Shown one piece after another: positions 1 to 9,000 of a DNA stretch of 32,000 bases. The position numbers and the translations under genes are program-made. Below the pieces are notes generated by a model. That model was not told where the DNA came from. It saw only the letters and a program-made list of their open reading frames with translations, and searched no databases. Position 1 is the stretch's first letter; each line of letters starts with the position of its first letter. The DNA lies in the NCBI RefSeq assembly GCF_000023965.1, contig NC_013202.1, positions 1,680,001 through 1,712,000 on the forward strand, in the 5' to 3' direction. Source of the stretch: Halomicrobium mukohataei DSM 12286 (GTDB lineage: Archaea; Halobacteriota; Halobacteria; Halobacteriales; Haloarculaceae).

Positions 1-1
1 C

Positions 2-448
2 GTACTGGGCCTCCGGTACGGGATCCCTGTCGCACTGGTCGGAGCGACGCTGACGACGATCCCGCCCTTCCTGTTCGCCCGCTATGCCGGGCGTAGCGGC
101 GGCGGGCTGTTCGCCCGGCTCAACGACGCGGGCCGGCGGTTCATCTCTGTCACGGGCGCGACCCGCGGCGTTCTCGCGGCACGCCTCTCGCCGCTCCCCG
201 CGGATCCGGTCTCGTACGGTGCCGGCTTCTCCGGCGTCTCGACGCGGGCCTACGTCGTCGGGACGTTCCTCGGAGAGATCCCGTGGGTGTTCGTGGAGGT
301 GCTCGCCGGTGCGTCGATGCGGACCCTCTCGACCGAGGGGCTGAGCGCGGGCCTGCACGTGCTGCTTGGCTCGTTCGCGGTGGCTGTCGTGTTGCTGGCG
401 GGGCCCGCGTACCGTCACGTCCGGTCGGCTCGTCCCTCGCGCAACTAG
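2..448 (+). CDS. TVP38/TMEM64 (DedA-like) family membrane protein, C-terminal fragment; the 5' end lies outside the window
   Basis: The frame is open from the window edge to TAG 446-448. It is missing from the ORF track only because it has no in-window Met. The translation ...GIPVALVGATLTTIPPFLFARYAG...LSPLPADPVSYGAGFSGVSTRAYVVGTFLGEIPWVFVEVLAG... is hydrophobic and GC3-rich. The family call is by eye. Confidence 0.55.
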   Translation, partial: VLGLRYGIPVALVGATLTTIPPFLFARYAGRSGGGLFARLNDAGRRFISVTGATRGVLAARLSPLPADPVSYGAGFSGVSTRAYVVGTFLGEIPWVFVEVLAGASMRTLSTEGLSAGLHVLLGSFAVAVVLLAGPAYRHVRSARPSRN

Positions 449-2937
449 GTCGTGACCTCGAAGCGCGCACCGCCCGCGTCGCTTCGTCCGACCGTGATCG
501 ACCAGTCGTGAGCCCTCACGATGGTGTCGACGATCGCCAGTCCGAATCCGGTCCCCTCCTCGCTGGTCGTGAACCCCCGTTCGAAGATCGTCTCACGCTG
601 GCTCGGCGGAATCCCGTCCCCGTCGTCGACGACGGCGAACCCGTCGTCGGTGTCGACGACGCGGACCGTCTCGGCTCCGCCGTGGGTGATCGCGTTGCAA
701 AACAGGTTGTCGAACAGTTCCTGGAGTCGGTCGAAGTCGGCCTCGACGCGGCTGTCGGTCTCGGCGACGAGATCCTTCTCGTCGGCGTCGAGTTGCGACC
801 AGGCCGCCTGGGCGACCACGTCGAGAGCGACCGGTTCGAGGTCGCCGACCCGCCGTCCCTGGCGGGCGAGGGTGAGGAGGTCGCCGATGAGCGCTTCCAT
901 CCGATGGGCGGCGTCGGCCGCGTCGTCGAGGTGTTCGAGCTCGCCGGTCGCAATAGCGTGGTTGACACGTCCCTGAACGACGTTGAGCGGGCTCCGGAGG
1001 TCGTGGCTGACGACGCTGGCGAACTGTTCGAGCTGTCGCTCCCGCTGTTTGCGCTCGCTGATGTCCCGGATGACTCCGGCGGTCCCTCTGAACCGCCCGT
1101 CGTCGGCCGGCAGCAGGGCGACGTGGTTCTCGCAGGTGATCCGGGTTCCGTCGGCCGTCTGGAGTCCCATCTCGAAGGTCCCGTTCGTCCGATCCGGGTC
1201 GGCGAGCAGTTCGGCGATGAGGTCTTCCCCGGCCGCAACGTCTTCCGGGGTCATCAGCTTCGAGATGTGCTCGCCGATCAGTCGATCGCGGTCGTAGCCC
1301 GAGAGCGCCTCCATCGCGTCGTTGACGACGGTGAACTGCCCTTCGGCGTCGAGCGTGTAGACGGGATCCCCAACCGCCTGCAGGATCGTCTCGTAGCGCT
1401 CTAGCTCTCGTTGGCGTTCGGTCCGCTCGGTGATGTCTCGGATGACGCCGGCCGTTCCCTCGAACTCGCCGTCTTCGTCGGTCATGACGGCGATTTTCGT
1501 CTCGTTGTAGGTCTCCTCGCCGTCGTCGTCGACCGTCCACATCTCGAAGGTCGCCACGTCTCGATCGGTGGTCAACAGCTCGCGGATGCGTTCCTCGGCC
1601 CGTTCGACGCCGTCTCCGACGACGAACTCCTCGGGCGACGCTCCGACGATCTCCGACCGCTCGTAGCCGATGTGGTCGGCCAGCGCGTCGTTGATCATCT
1701 CGATGGTCCCGTCGGGAGCCATCACGTACATCGGGTCCGCGACGCTCTCGGCCAGCGTCTCGTACTGGCGCAGCGTCTGTTCGCGCTCCTTGCGCTCGGA
1801 CACGTCACGGCCCACACCGGCGATGCCGAGGAACTCGCCGGTCGTGTCCGACAGCGCCGTGCCGTGGAACTCGTAGGGAATCGTCTCGCCGGACTTCGTC
1901 TGTACCGTGGCCTCGTATCGCGACGAGCCGCTCTCGATCGCACGCTCGATGGCAGCTTCGACCGTGGGAACGTCCTCGGGAGCGATGAACTCCAGTGCAG
2001 TCATCTCCGCGATCTCCTCGTCGCTGTATCCCGTCACGTCGACCACCTGCTCGTTCCACTGGCGCAGCGACCAGTCGGGCGTGACGACGTAGAAGAGGTC
2101 TTCGAGCGAGTTCAACACGTCCTCGACGTACGCTCGCTGCTCTTCGAGCGCCCGGCGGTGCTCCGTGCGAGCCGTGATGTCCGTCATAAACCCCTCCAGA
2201 ATCTCCGTCTCGTCGTCGCGCGTGAGCAACTGGCCCCGCTCCCACAGCCACCGCCGTTGCCCGTCGTCCGTCTCGATCCGGTAGGTGACTTCGAAGGGCT
2301 CGCCGCTGTCGAGTGCCGACTGGACCGCCTCCCGGACGTCGTCGCGATCCTCGGGGTGAACCACGTCGGTCTCCCAGTCGACCCGTCCGCTCTCCAGGGC
2401 GTCGGGCTCGTAGCCGGTCAGCTCCCGGACTCCCGCGCTGACGAACTGCATCGGCCAGCCCGGTTCGTTTCGACAGCGATACACCATTCCGGGGAGGTTC
2501 GACACCAGCGTCGAGAGGCGCTGTTCTTGCCGTTCGATCGGCGTCGTCGCTCTGTACTCAGAGACCGTTCGCTCGACCCGATCCACGAGCGCGCGATACC
2601 CGTCGTCGCCGTCGCGAGGGAGGTACTCGGTGACGCCGGCAGCGACCGCCTCGCTGGCGAGCGCTTCACTTCCGGCGTCGGTACACAGCAGGAACGGAAG
2701 GTCCGGATACTCCGAGCGGACGGTTTCGAGGAGCGCGACGCTGTCGAGGGCAGACTCGTCGTGGCCGCTGACGACGCAATCGAACCGACCGTCGGCGAGT
2801 TCCTCGACGGCTGCCTCGCTGGTCGAGACGCTCTCGACGACGATGTCGTCGTCTGCCAGCCGCGCCGCGACGGCGTGTCGGACCTGCGGGTCGCGGTCCA
2901 CGTGGAGCACTCGAATCCCGTCCACAGGCTGGGTCAT
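445..2937 (-). CDS. Sensor histidine kinase with an N-terminal receiver-like domain and multiple PAS domains
   Basis: 830-aa ORF. It has a CheY-like N-terminus (IRVLHVDRDP...FDCVVSGHD...FLLCTDAGS), then 4-5 PAS-like repeats (for example GMVYRC...WPMQFVS, GTAGVIRDITERTERQREL). It also has an H-box FASVVSHDLRSPLNVV and HATPase motifs NLFCNAITHGG, VVDDGDGIP and GTGFGLAIV. Confidence 0.9.
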   Translation of the reverse strand: MTQPVDGIRVLHVDRDPQVRHAVAARLADDDIVVESVSTSEAAVEELADGRFDCVVSGHDESALDSVALLETVRSEYPDLPFLLCTDAGSEALASEAVAAGVTEYLPRDGDDGYRALVDRVERTVSEYRATTPIERQEQRLSTLVSNLPGMVYRCRNEPGWPMQFVSAGVRELTGYEPDALESGRVDWETDVVHPEDRDDVREAVQSALDSGEPFEVTYRIETDDGQRRWLWERGQLLTRDDETEILEGFMTDITARTEHRRALEEQRAYVEDVLNSLEDLFYVVTPDWSLRQWNEQVVDVTGYSDEEIAEMTALEFIAPEDVPTVEAAIERAIESGSSRYEATVQTKSGETIPYEFHGTALSDTTGEFLGIAGVGRDVSERKEREQTLRQYETLAESVADPMYVMAPDGTIEMINDALADHIGYERSEIVGASPEEFVVGDGVERAEERIRELLTTDRDVATFEMWTVDDDGEETYNETKIAVMTDEDGEFEGTAGVIRDITERTERQRELERYETILQAVGDPVYTLDAEGQFTVVNDAMEALSGYDRDRLIGEHISKLMTPEDVAAGEDLIAELLADPDRTNGTFEMGLQTADGTRITCENHVALLPADDGRFRGTAGVIRDISERKQRERQLEQFASVVSHDLRSPLNVVQGRVNHAIATGELEHLDDAADAAHRMEALIGDLLTLARQGRRVGDLEPVALDVVAQAAWSQLDADEKDLVAETDSRVEADFDRLQELFDNLFCNAITHGGAETVRVVDTDDGFAVVDDGDGIPPSQRETIFERGFTTSEEGTGFGLAIVDTIVRAHDWSITVGRSDAGGARFEVTT

Positions 2938-2961
2938 TACACGAGTCTCTGTCGCCCACCG

Positions 2962-2969
2962 TATAAAAA
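2962..2969 (-). promoter_or_regulatory. TATA box candidate for the histidine kinase gene (leaderless-type spacing)
   Basis: The minus strand reads TTTTTATA, ending 25 nt upstream of the ATG at 2937. AT-rich boxes are rare in this GC-rich background. Confidence 0.45.
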
Positions 2970-3096
2970 TGTGTAGTTGTGTCGATATGACGGTCCACGA
3001 GCCGGCGTCGGTCCCAGTCGTCGCACTGTCACTGTTTCGAGCGACTCGCGACCACGTGATCGCGAGATCGGCCCAGACTGACAGTCGGCAGTGTCA

Positions 3097-3118
3097 TACG
3101 GACGGTTGTCGTTGCGTA
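3097..3118. mobile_element. 22-nt internally deleted relic of the TACGG...CCGTA foldback element, flanked by TCA/TCA
   Basis: TCA(3094-3096) TACGGACGGTTGTCGTTGCGTA TCA(3119-3121). The first 13 nt are identical to the left end of the copies at 9886 and 28647, and the right end keeps CGTA. Confidence 0.5.
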
Positions 3119-3238
3119 TCAGTAGAACGTGTCGGCGCAGTCGTACACGACACCGTGCACGGGACAGACGTACTTGCAGTGGCGGTGGTACATGGGCGTC
3201 TCGCACATCGGACAGGGCCGCCCACCGGTCTCGGTCAT
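3119..3238 (-). CDS. Small zinc-finger micro-protein (39 aa), below the ORF-track size cut-off
   Basis: The minus-strand ATG at 3238 to TGA at 3121-3119 encodes MTETGGRPCPMCETPMYHRHCKYVCPVHGVVYDCADTFY. It has two Cys pairs (CPxC and CxxxCPxH, plus one further Cys). Almost all codons end in G/C, as in the neighbouring genes. Confidence 0.55.
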   Translation of the reverse strand: MTETGGRPCPMCETPMYHRHCKYVCPVHGVVYDCADTFY

Positions 3239-3349
3239 GACACGCTCTGGGGTGCGGTCGGGCAAGAGCGTGTCGACGTTCGGCGTCGCGGACGAATTTG
3301 GTACGGAATCCGAAGAACCGTTAAGGGGGTAGTGTCCCCAGCAACGGGC

Positions 3350-4867
3350 ATGACACGGTTCGCTCGCTTTCGTCCGTCGGCCGACGATGCGGTGGCGCTG
3401 TTTGCCGGCGTCGCGGCCGTCGTGGGCTCGTTCGCCGCCGTCGGCTTCGCCCCGTCGTTCGTCGCGTCACCGATCGAGCGGTGGCTGGCCCGGCGGATGC
3501 CCGGCGCTGTGGTCTCGCTGGCGATCCAGTTTCTCGGTTCGCTCGGCCAGCAGCTGAACCTCGTCGCCGCCGCGCTCGTGGCCGTCTGCGTCGTCGCCGC
3601 CGTCGCACGCGTCGCCGGCACGCTCGGGGATCGACTCGCCAACCGCGCCGTCGGACCCGTCGTCGCCGGTGGCGTCGTCTTCGGCGTCGCGACGCTGCTC
3701 ACGGGATCTGTCCCTTCCAGCGGTGGTGCCGCAGTCGGGACGGCTCTCACACTCGGCCTCGCGGGGCTGTCGGGCTCGCTCCCGGCTCGCGGCGCGACGA
3801 GTCCCGACCGTCGGCGCGTCCTCGCGTCGCTGGGGACGGCTGCCGGACTCGGCGTCGTCGCGACCGTCCTGACCGACGACACCAGCCAGCCGACCGCGAC
3901 CATTCCGGACGACGCCAGTCCAGCGGTGCGTGAGGCACTCGAAGCGGCCGCAGACCAGTCGCTGGCCGTCGACGGACTCGAACCGCTCGTGAGCGACGAG
4001 TTCTTCAGCGTCGACATCAACGCCGTCGATCCCGAGGTCGACGCGACCCAGTGGTCCCTCTCGGTGACCGGCTCGGTCGAGGAAGAGATCACGGTCGACT
4101 ACGAGCAGCTCCGGTCGATGGACGCACGGACGGAGTTTCACACGCTGCGCTGTGTCGGCGAGTCGCTCAACGGGACGAAGATGGACAACGCCCTCTGGAC
4201 CGGCGTTCCCGTCCGGACGCTGCTGGACCGAGCCGGCCCCGACAGCGACTGTGACTGCGTGCGGGTCCACGCCGCCGACGACTACTACCAGGTGTTCCCC
4301 ATCGACGCGCTCAACGGCGCGATGCTGGCCTACCGGATGAACGGCCGCCCGCTGCCACAGGGTCACGGCTACCCGGCCCGGGCGCTGGTGCCCGGCCACT
4401 GGGGCGAGATCAACGTCAAGTGGATCACCGAGATCGAGGTGATCGACCGCGATGCGGAGGGCTACTGGGAGGAACGTGGCTGGCACGGCACCGGGCCGGT
4501 CGAGACCGTCGCGAAGATCCACGCCCAGAACACGCTACCAGACGGCCGCGTACAGGTCGGCGGCCACGCCTACGCCGGGACGCGTGGCGTCTCGGCCGTC
4601 GAAGTCTCGACTGACGGCGGCGACAGTTGGTCGGAGGCGCGACTCTCCGATCCCCTCGTCGAGTCGGTCGACTGGGCCGGCGAGCCGGGCGAGACGCCAC
4701 ACGCGCCGGACGTGTGGCGACAGTGGGCCTTCGAGTACGAGCCCCCGGCCGGCGAACACGAGGTCGTCGCCCGCGCGATCGAGGCCGACGGGACGGTCCA
4801 GCCCGAGACCGAACGCGAGGCCTTCCCCCACGGCCCCAGCGGGTGGGTGTCGAGGACGGTGGAGTAG
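3350..4867 (+). CDS. Molybdopterin-dependent oxidoreductase (sulfite oxidase / YedY family) with an N-terminal multi-pass membrane domain
   Basis: Trimmed from ORF 2630..4867 to the in-frame ATG at 3350 (MTRFARFRPSADD...). It has about 170 aa of hydrophobic helices, then HTLRCVGESLNGTKMDNALWTGVPVRTLL and AYRMNGRPLPQGHGYPARALVPGHWGEINVKWITEIEV. The C-terminal domain is Ig-like (VGGHAYAGTRGVSAVEVSTDGGDSW). Confidence 0.85.
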   Translation: MTRFARFRPSADDAVALFAGVAAVVGSFAAVGFAPSFVASPIERWLARRMPGAVVSLAIQFLGSLGQQLNLVAAALVAVCVVAAVARVAGTLGDRLANRAVGPVVAGGVVFGVATLLTGSVPSSGGAAVGTALTLGLAGLSGSLPARGATSPDRRRVLASLGTAAGLGVVATVLTDDTSQPTATIPDDASPAVREALEAAADQSLAVDGLEPLVSDEFFSVDINAVDPEVDATQWSLSVTGSVEEEITVDYEQLRSMDARTEFHTLRCVGESLNGTKMDNALWTGVPVRTLLDRAGPDSDCDCVRVHAADDYYQVFPIDALNGAMLAYRMNGRPLPQGHGYPARALVPGHWGEINVKWITEIEVIDRDAEGYWEERGWHGTGPVETVAKIHAQNTLPDGRVQVGGHAYAGTRGVSAVEVSTDGGDSWSEARLSDPLVESVDWAGEPGETPHAPDVWRQWAFEYEPPAGEHEVVARAIEADGTVQPETEREAFPHGPSGWVSRTVE

Positions 4868-4902
4868 CTCCTCCAGCGAACGGAACCGCGCGACACGGCG
4901 GG

Positions 4903-5646
4903 TTAGCTCGTCGCCCCGTCCACGTCGACGCTCTGGGACCGCTCGGTCTCGTGCCCCAGCTGGGTCTTCAGCTGATCGAGTTCGCGATCGACTCGCTGTT
5001 CGGTCGAGCGTCGGTCCAGTTCCCGGTCGATCTCGTCGCCCTCTGCGAGCACGTCGTCGAGCGCACCGCTCGCCTCGAGCTCTTCGAGCGCAGCCGCTCT
5101 GGCCTCCATCTGCTCGGTCCGTTCGGTCGCACGCTCGATTGCACGGTTCACGTCGGCCATGTCGCCGCCGACCCCGGTGAACGCCTCGGCGACGCGGGCC
5201 GACGCCTCGGCCGCTTCGTGGCGCGCCTTCAGCGTCTCTTTGTGGGTCCGGAACCCCTCGATCCGTCCCCGAAGTTCGATCTGGCGCTGGACGAGCTGGT
5301 CCTGCGTCGCCTGCAGTCTGTCGATCTGTTCGTCCAGGCCAGCGAGCTGATCGCTCGTCGCGTGTTTCTTCTCCAGGGCGCGTCTGGCCAGCTCCTCACG
5401 CTCCTGTCGGAGTGCCTCCTGGGCTTGCTCGTCGTACTTCTCGACGGCCGCCCGCAGGCGTTCGCGGTGCATCTCCAGGCGCTTCTTCTGGGTGGTGAGG
5501 TCGGCGATGCCGCGGTTGATCTCCTGGAGCTCGTCTCGGAGTTGTTCGTAGGAGTAGTCCAGTTCTGCGACGGGGTCTTCGACGCGGTTCAACAGGGCGT
5601 CGAGCCACGACCGGACGACGAAGCCAAACCGCCGGAGCAGACTCAC
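4903..5646 (-). CDS. pspA: PspA/IM30 family protein (phage-shock protein A-like coiled coil)
   Basis: The sequence VSLLRRFGFVVRSWLDALLNRVEDPVAELDYSYEQLRDELQEI... is followed by heptad-rich coiled coil. I chose the GTG at 5646, which is preceded by GGAGGGTG. The upstream 43 aa of the tracked ORF are basic and atypical for an acidic proteome. Confidence 0.8.
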   Translation of the reverse strand: MSLLRRFGFVVRSWLDALLNRVEDPVAELDYSYEQLRDELQEINRGIADLTTQKKRLEMHRERLRAAVEKYDEQAQEALRQEREELARRALEKKHATSDQLAGLDEQIDRLQATQDQLVQRQIELRGRIEGFRTHKETLKARHEAAEASARVAEAFTGVGGDMADVNRAIERATERTEQMEARAAALEELEASGALDDVLAEGDEIDRELDRRSTEQRVDRELDQLKTQLGHETERSQSVDVDGATS

Positions 5647-5932
5647 GGGCGCACCCTCCGTTCGGGACGGTCGCGTCGGTAGGGGGTACTGTCCATGTCT
5701 ACACCAGAACGACGACCGAGCGGCGGTTAATCGTGGTTTCGGGTGACTGTCCACGAAGCGACCAGTCGCCTGCAAGTTCGTCCTCGCGTCGTCACTCGGT
5801 CTCGCGTGGCGAGATCTCGACAGCGGCCTGCGTCGAAAGAAGAGAACGAACGTCGCGAACCGAGAGTGTCACACGCTCTTGGCCCCGGGTGTGGCCGGCG
5901 GTCGGCCACGGAGATCCGCAGTCAGATCCTCA

Positions 5933-6012
5933 TACGGGCAGTTGTAGACACGTTCCCGGTCGATCGCACACCGTCGTGCGATCAATCCGGCGAGGAACTA
6001 CAACTGTCCGTA
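5933..6012. mobile_element. Foldback MITE copy A (80 nt), flanked by TCA (5930-5932) and TCA (6013-6015)
   Basis: TACGGGCAGTTGTAG...CTACAACTGTCCGTA terminal inverted repeats, with an internal GATCGCAC/GTGCGATC stem. The right-hand TCA is the complement of the nrdJ TGA stop codon. Confidence 0.8.
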
Positions 6013-9000
6013 TCAGCACTCCGACCAGCCACAGGACTCGCAGGTCTTGCAGCCTTCGGAGTAGTACAGCGACAGCGAGCTACACTCCGGACACTCCGGA
6101 TTCTCGCCCGCGTCGATCAGTTCCTGCTGGTCGGCGTCGGTGGCCTCGCCCGGCGACGACGGTTCTGTGCCCGCCGCGTCCGTGGCCGAACTGTCGGCGG
6201 TGACGGCACCGCCGTCGGTCTCGGGCACGTTCGGATCCGCACTGCCCGCCTCGTCTTCGGCGGTCTGTTCGAGCGTGGCCTGGTCCGGGTACGCCTTGTC
6301 GATTTCGTCGTCGAGATAGCGACGCATCGCCGTGCCGATGGCGTCGGGGATCGACTGGATCTGTTCGCCCTTGTCCCAGGCGACCTTGGGCGAGCGGATG
6401 CCCTGCAGTTCGTCTGCGATCTCCTTGGGATCGACGCCCGAACGGAGCGCCGTCGAGATGGTCTTGGCCAGGGCCTCGGTGAAGGAGGCCGTAAAGCCGC
6501 CGGAGTTCCCGATGTTGGCGAACAGCTCGAAGGGCCGTTCCCGCTCGGGGTCCTCGTTGATGTTGACGTACAGCTTCCCGTAGCCGGTGTCGATGCGCTG
6601 GGTGACGCCGTGGAGCACGTCCGGTCGGCTCTGCTTCTCGGCGAACGGGCTGGTCTCGGGCTGCTCGCCGTCGGCCACTTCCAGCAGCGACTCGACCTGC
6701 TGATCGAGTGCCTCCTGGACGGCCTCGTGTTCGAGGAAGCCCTCGATGCCGTCGAAGACCTCCTCGATCTGGGCGACGATCTCGCCCTCGTCCATGTCTG
6801 CGAACTCGGCGTTCTGGGCCCGCGTCGTCAGCACTTGCTTGCTGCGGGTGCCGTCGCGGTAGTAGGTGACGCCCTTGCCGCCGTGCTCGTAGATGTACTC
6901 GAACACTTCCCGGGCGTCCTCGAGCGTGGAGTCGTTGGGCGCGTTGACCGTCTTCGAGATCGCGGAGTCGACGCCCTGCTGGCAGGCACACTGGATGCCG
7001 GCGTGTTCTTTCGGCGTGAGGTCGCCGGTCGTGACGAACAGCTCGCCGATGGCGTCGGGCACCGTCGTCAGGCCGTCGACGCCGTCGAAGGCGTTGTCGG
7101 CCATCTGCTCTTGGGCCTCCTCCTTGACGGCATCGACGTCGATGCCGTTCTCCTCCAGCACGCGCAGGAAGTAGTCGTCGAACTCGACGAGCATCTCGTC
7201 GCCTTGCACGTCGTCGGAGACGTTCTTGTAGTAGGCGACGTTGTAAATCGGCTCACAGCCGCCGGTGGTGTTGCCCACCATCGAGGTGGTGCCAGTCGGC
7301 GCGATCGTGGTGGTGTTGTGGTTGCGGATCGGGAAGCCCTCGGCCCACTCGTCGGCGTCGAGGCCGGTCTGGGACTCGAACCACTCCCGGTAGGCCGTCG
7401 GGTCCGCGTACTTGGAGTTGTCCCACTCGTCGAAGGTGCCCCGATCCTCGGCGAGTTCGTGGCTGGCCCACTTCGAGCCGTGGTTGATCTGGCGCATGAT
7501 CTGGCGGGCGATCTCGTCGCCCTCCTCGGAGCCGTACTTGACCCCGAGCTGGATGTACAGCTGGGCCAGTCCCATGATGCCCAGCCCGATCTTGCGCATC
7601 TCTCGGACCTTCTCCTCGATCTTCTCGACCGGGAAGTCCGACATCGTGACGACGTTCTCGAGGAAGCGCGTTCCCAACTCGATGCGGCGCTGGAACTCCT
7701 CGTTGTCCAGCGCGTCGTCGAGGAAGGCATCGACGGCGTCTTCGAGCGCATCGTACTCGTCGGCGTGGGCGTCGGACCAGACACGCCAGTCCGGGGCGTC
7801 CTGGTCGGCCAGCGTCGAGAGGTTGATGTGCCCGAGGTTACAGGCCTCGTACTCCTCCAAGGGCTGTTCGCCGCAGGGATTCGTCGCGAGGATGCGGTGG
7901 TCGGGGTGTTCCTCCACGTCGAAGGAGTGTTGCTTGTTGACGCGTTCGAGATAGATCACGCCCGGTTCGCCGTTCTCGTGTGCGCCGCCGATGATGCGCT
8001 CCCAGAGCTTCTCTGCGGGGATCGACAGCACTTCGCCGGCCTCGACGTACTCGCCGAGGTCGAACATCTCGTACAGTTCCTGGGTCTCCTCGGTGGCGAC
8101 GTGGGGCTCGTTCGTCCGCGGGTTGGTGAAGGTGAACTCCTCGCCGGCCTCCAGTGCGTCCATGAAGTCGTCGGTGATGCCGACGGAGATGTTGAAGTTC
8201 GAGAGGTGACCCTCGACGGCGTTGCGGAGGTGCTTCGGGACTTTGCCGTCCTCGTCGATGAGTTCGCGGGCCTCCTCCAGGGCCTCGGCGAAGGAGTTGT
8301 GCGTGAAGTCGTCGGGGTCGTTCAGTCGCAGGGTCTCGGCCAGCGAGACGTCCTTGTTCTTGGCGTGGATGAACTGGATGACGTCCGGGTGCGAGACGCG
8401 CATGACGCCCATCTGAGCGCCACGGCGGGCACCACCCTGTGCGATCGTCTCGCACATCTGGTCGTAGGTGCGCATGAACGTGATTGGGCCAGAGGCGATG
8501 CCGCCGGTCGAGCCGACCTGATCGCCGTACGGCCGCAGTTGCCAGAAGGCGTATCCCATGCCACCGCCCGACTGGAAGACCTGTGCGGCCTCCTTGGCGG
8601 TCTGGTGGATGTCGTCGATGTCGTCGTCGGGCGAGTCGACGAAACAGGCCGAGAGCTGCTGGAGTTCGTCACCGGCGTTCATCAGCGTCGGCGAGTTCGG
8701 CATGAACGACAGGTTCTCCATCGCGTCCTGGAACTCGCCGGCCACGTTCTCGACGTGGTCTCGTAGCTCGTCGGGCAGTTCGGGGACGACGGTGTCGTAC
8801 GCGAACTTGTTGACGTTGTACACCGACAGCTCGGTCTCGGCGTCGTCGCCGACGGTGGTTCCCTTGCCGAACACTTCCCCGGCGAGTTCGTCACGCCGCG
8901 GGTGATCGGGTTTGAGCTGGTCCGGGGTGACCGTCACGTCGACGCCCCGTTTGTCGGCTTCGAAGACGGCTTCGGCCAGGGCGACGTTCTTCCCGACCCG

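Noticed and set aside
5743-8766. A 1007-aa plus-strand ORF, and similar long ORFs at 283..1404, 1411..2976, 10419..10865, 11033..11863, 16885..18141, 20468..21541, 20881..21666, 22336..23151, 26901..27779, 27923..28768 and 29491..30522.
   Set aside because: All are antisense to, or out of frame with, genes that carry unmistakable motifs (nrdJ, the histidine kinase, trpE, cdc48, radB, phoU and others). Their translations are Arg/Gly/Val/Asp-rich low-complexity sequence, as expected from stop-poor frames in high-GC DNA.
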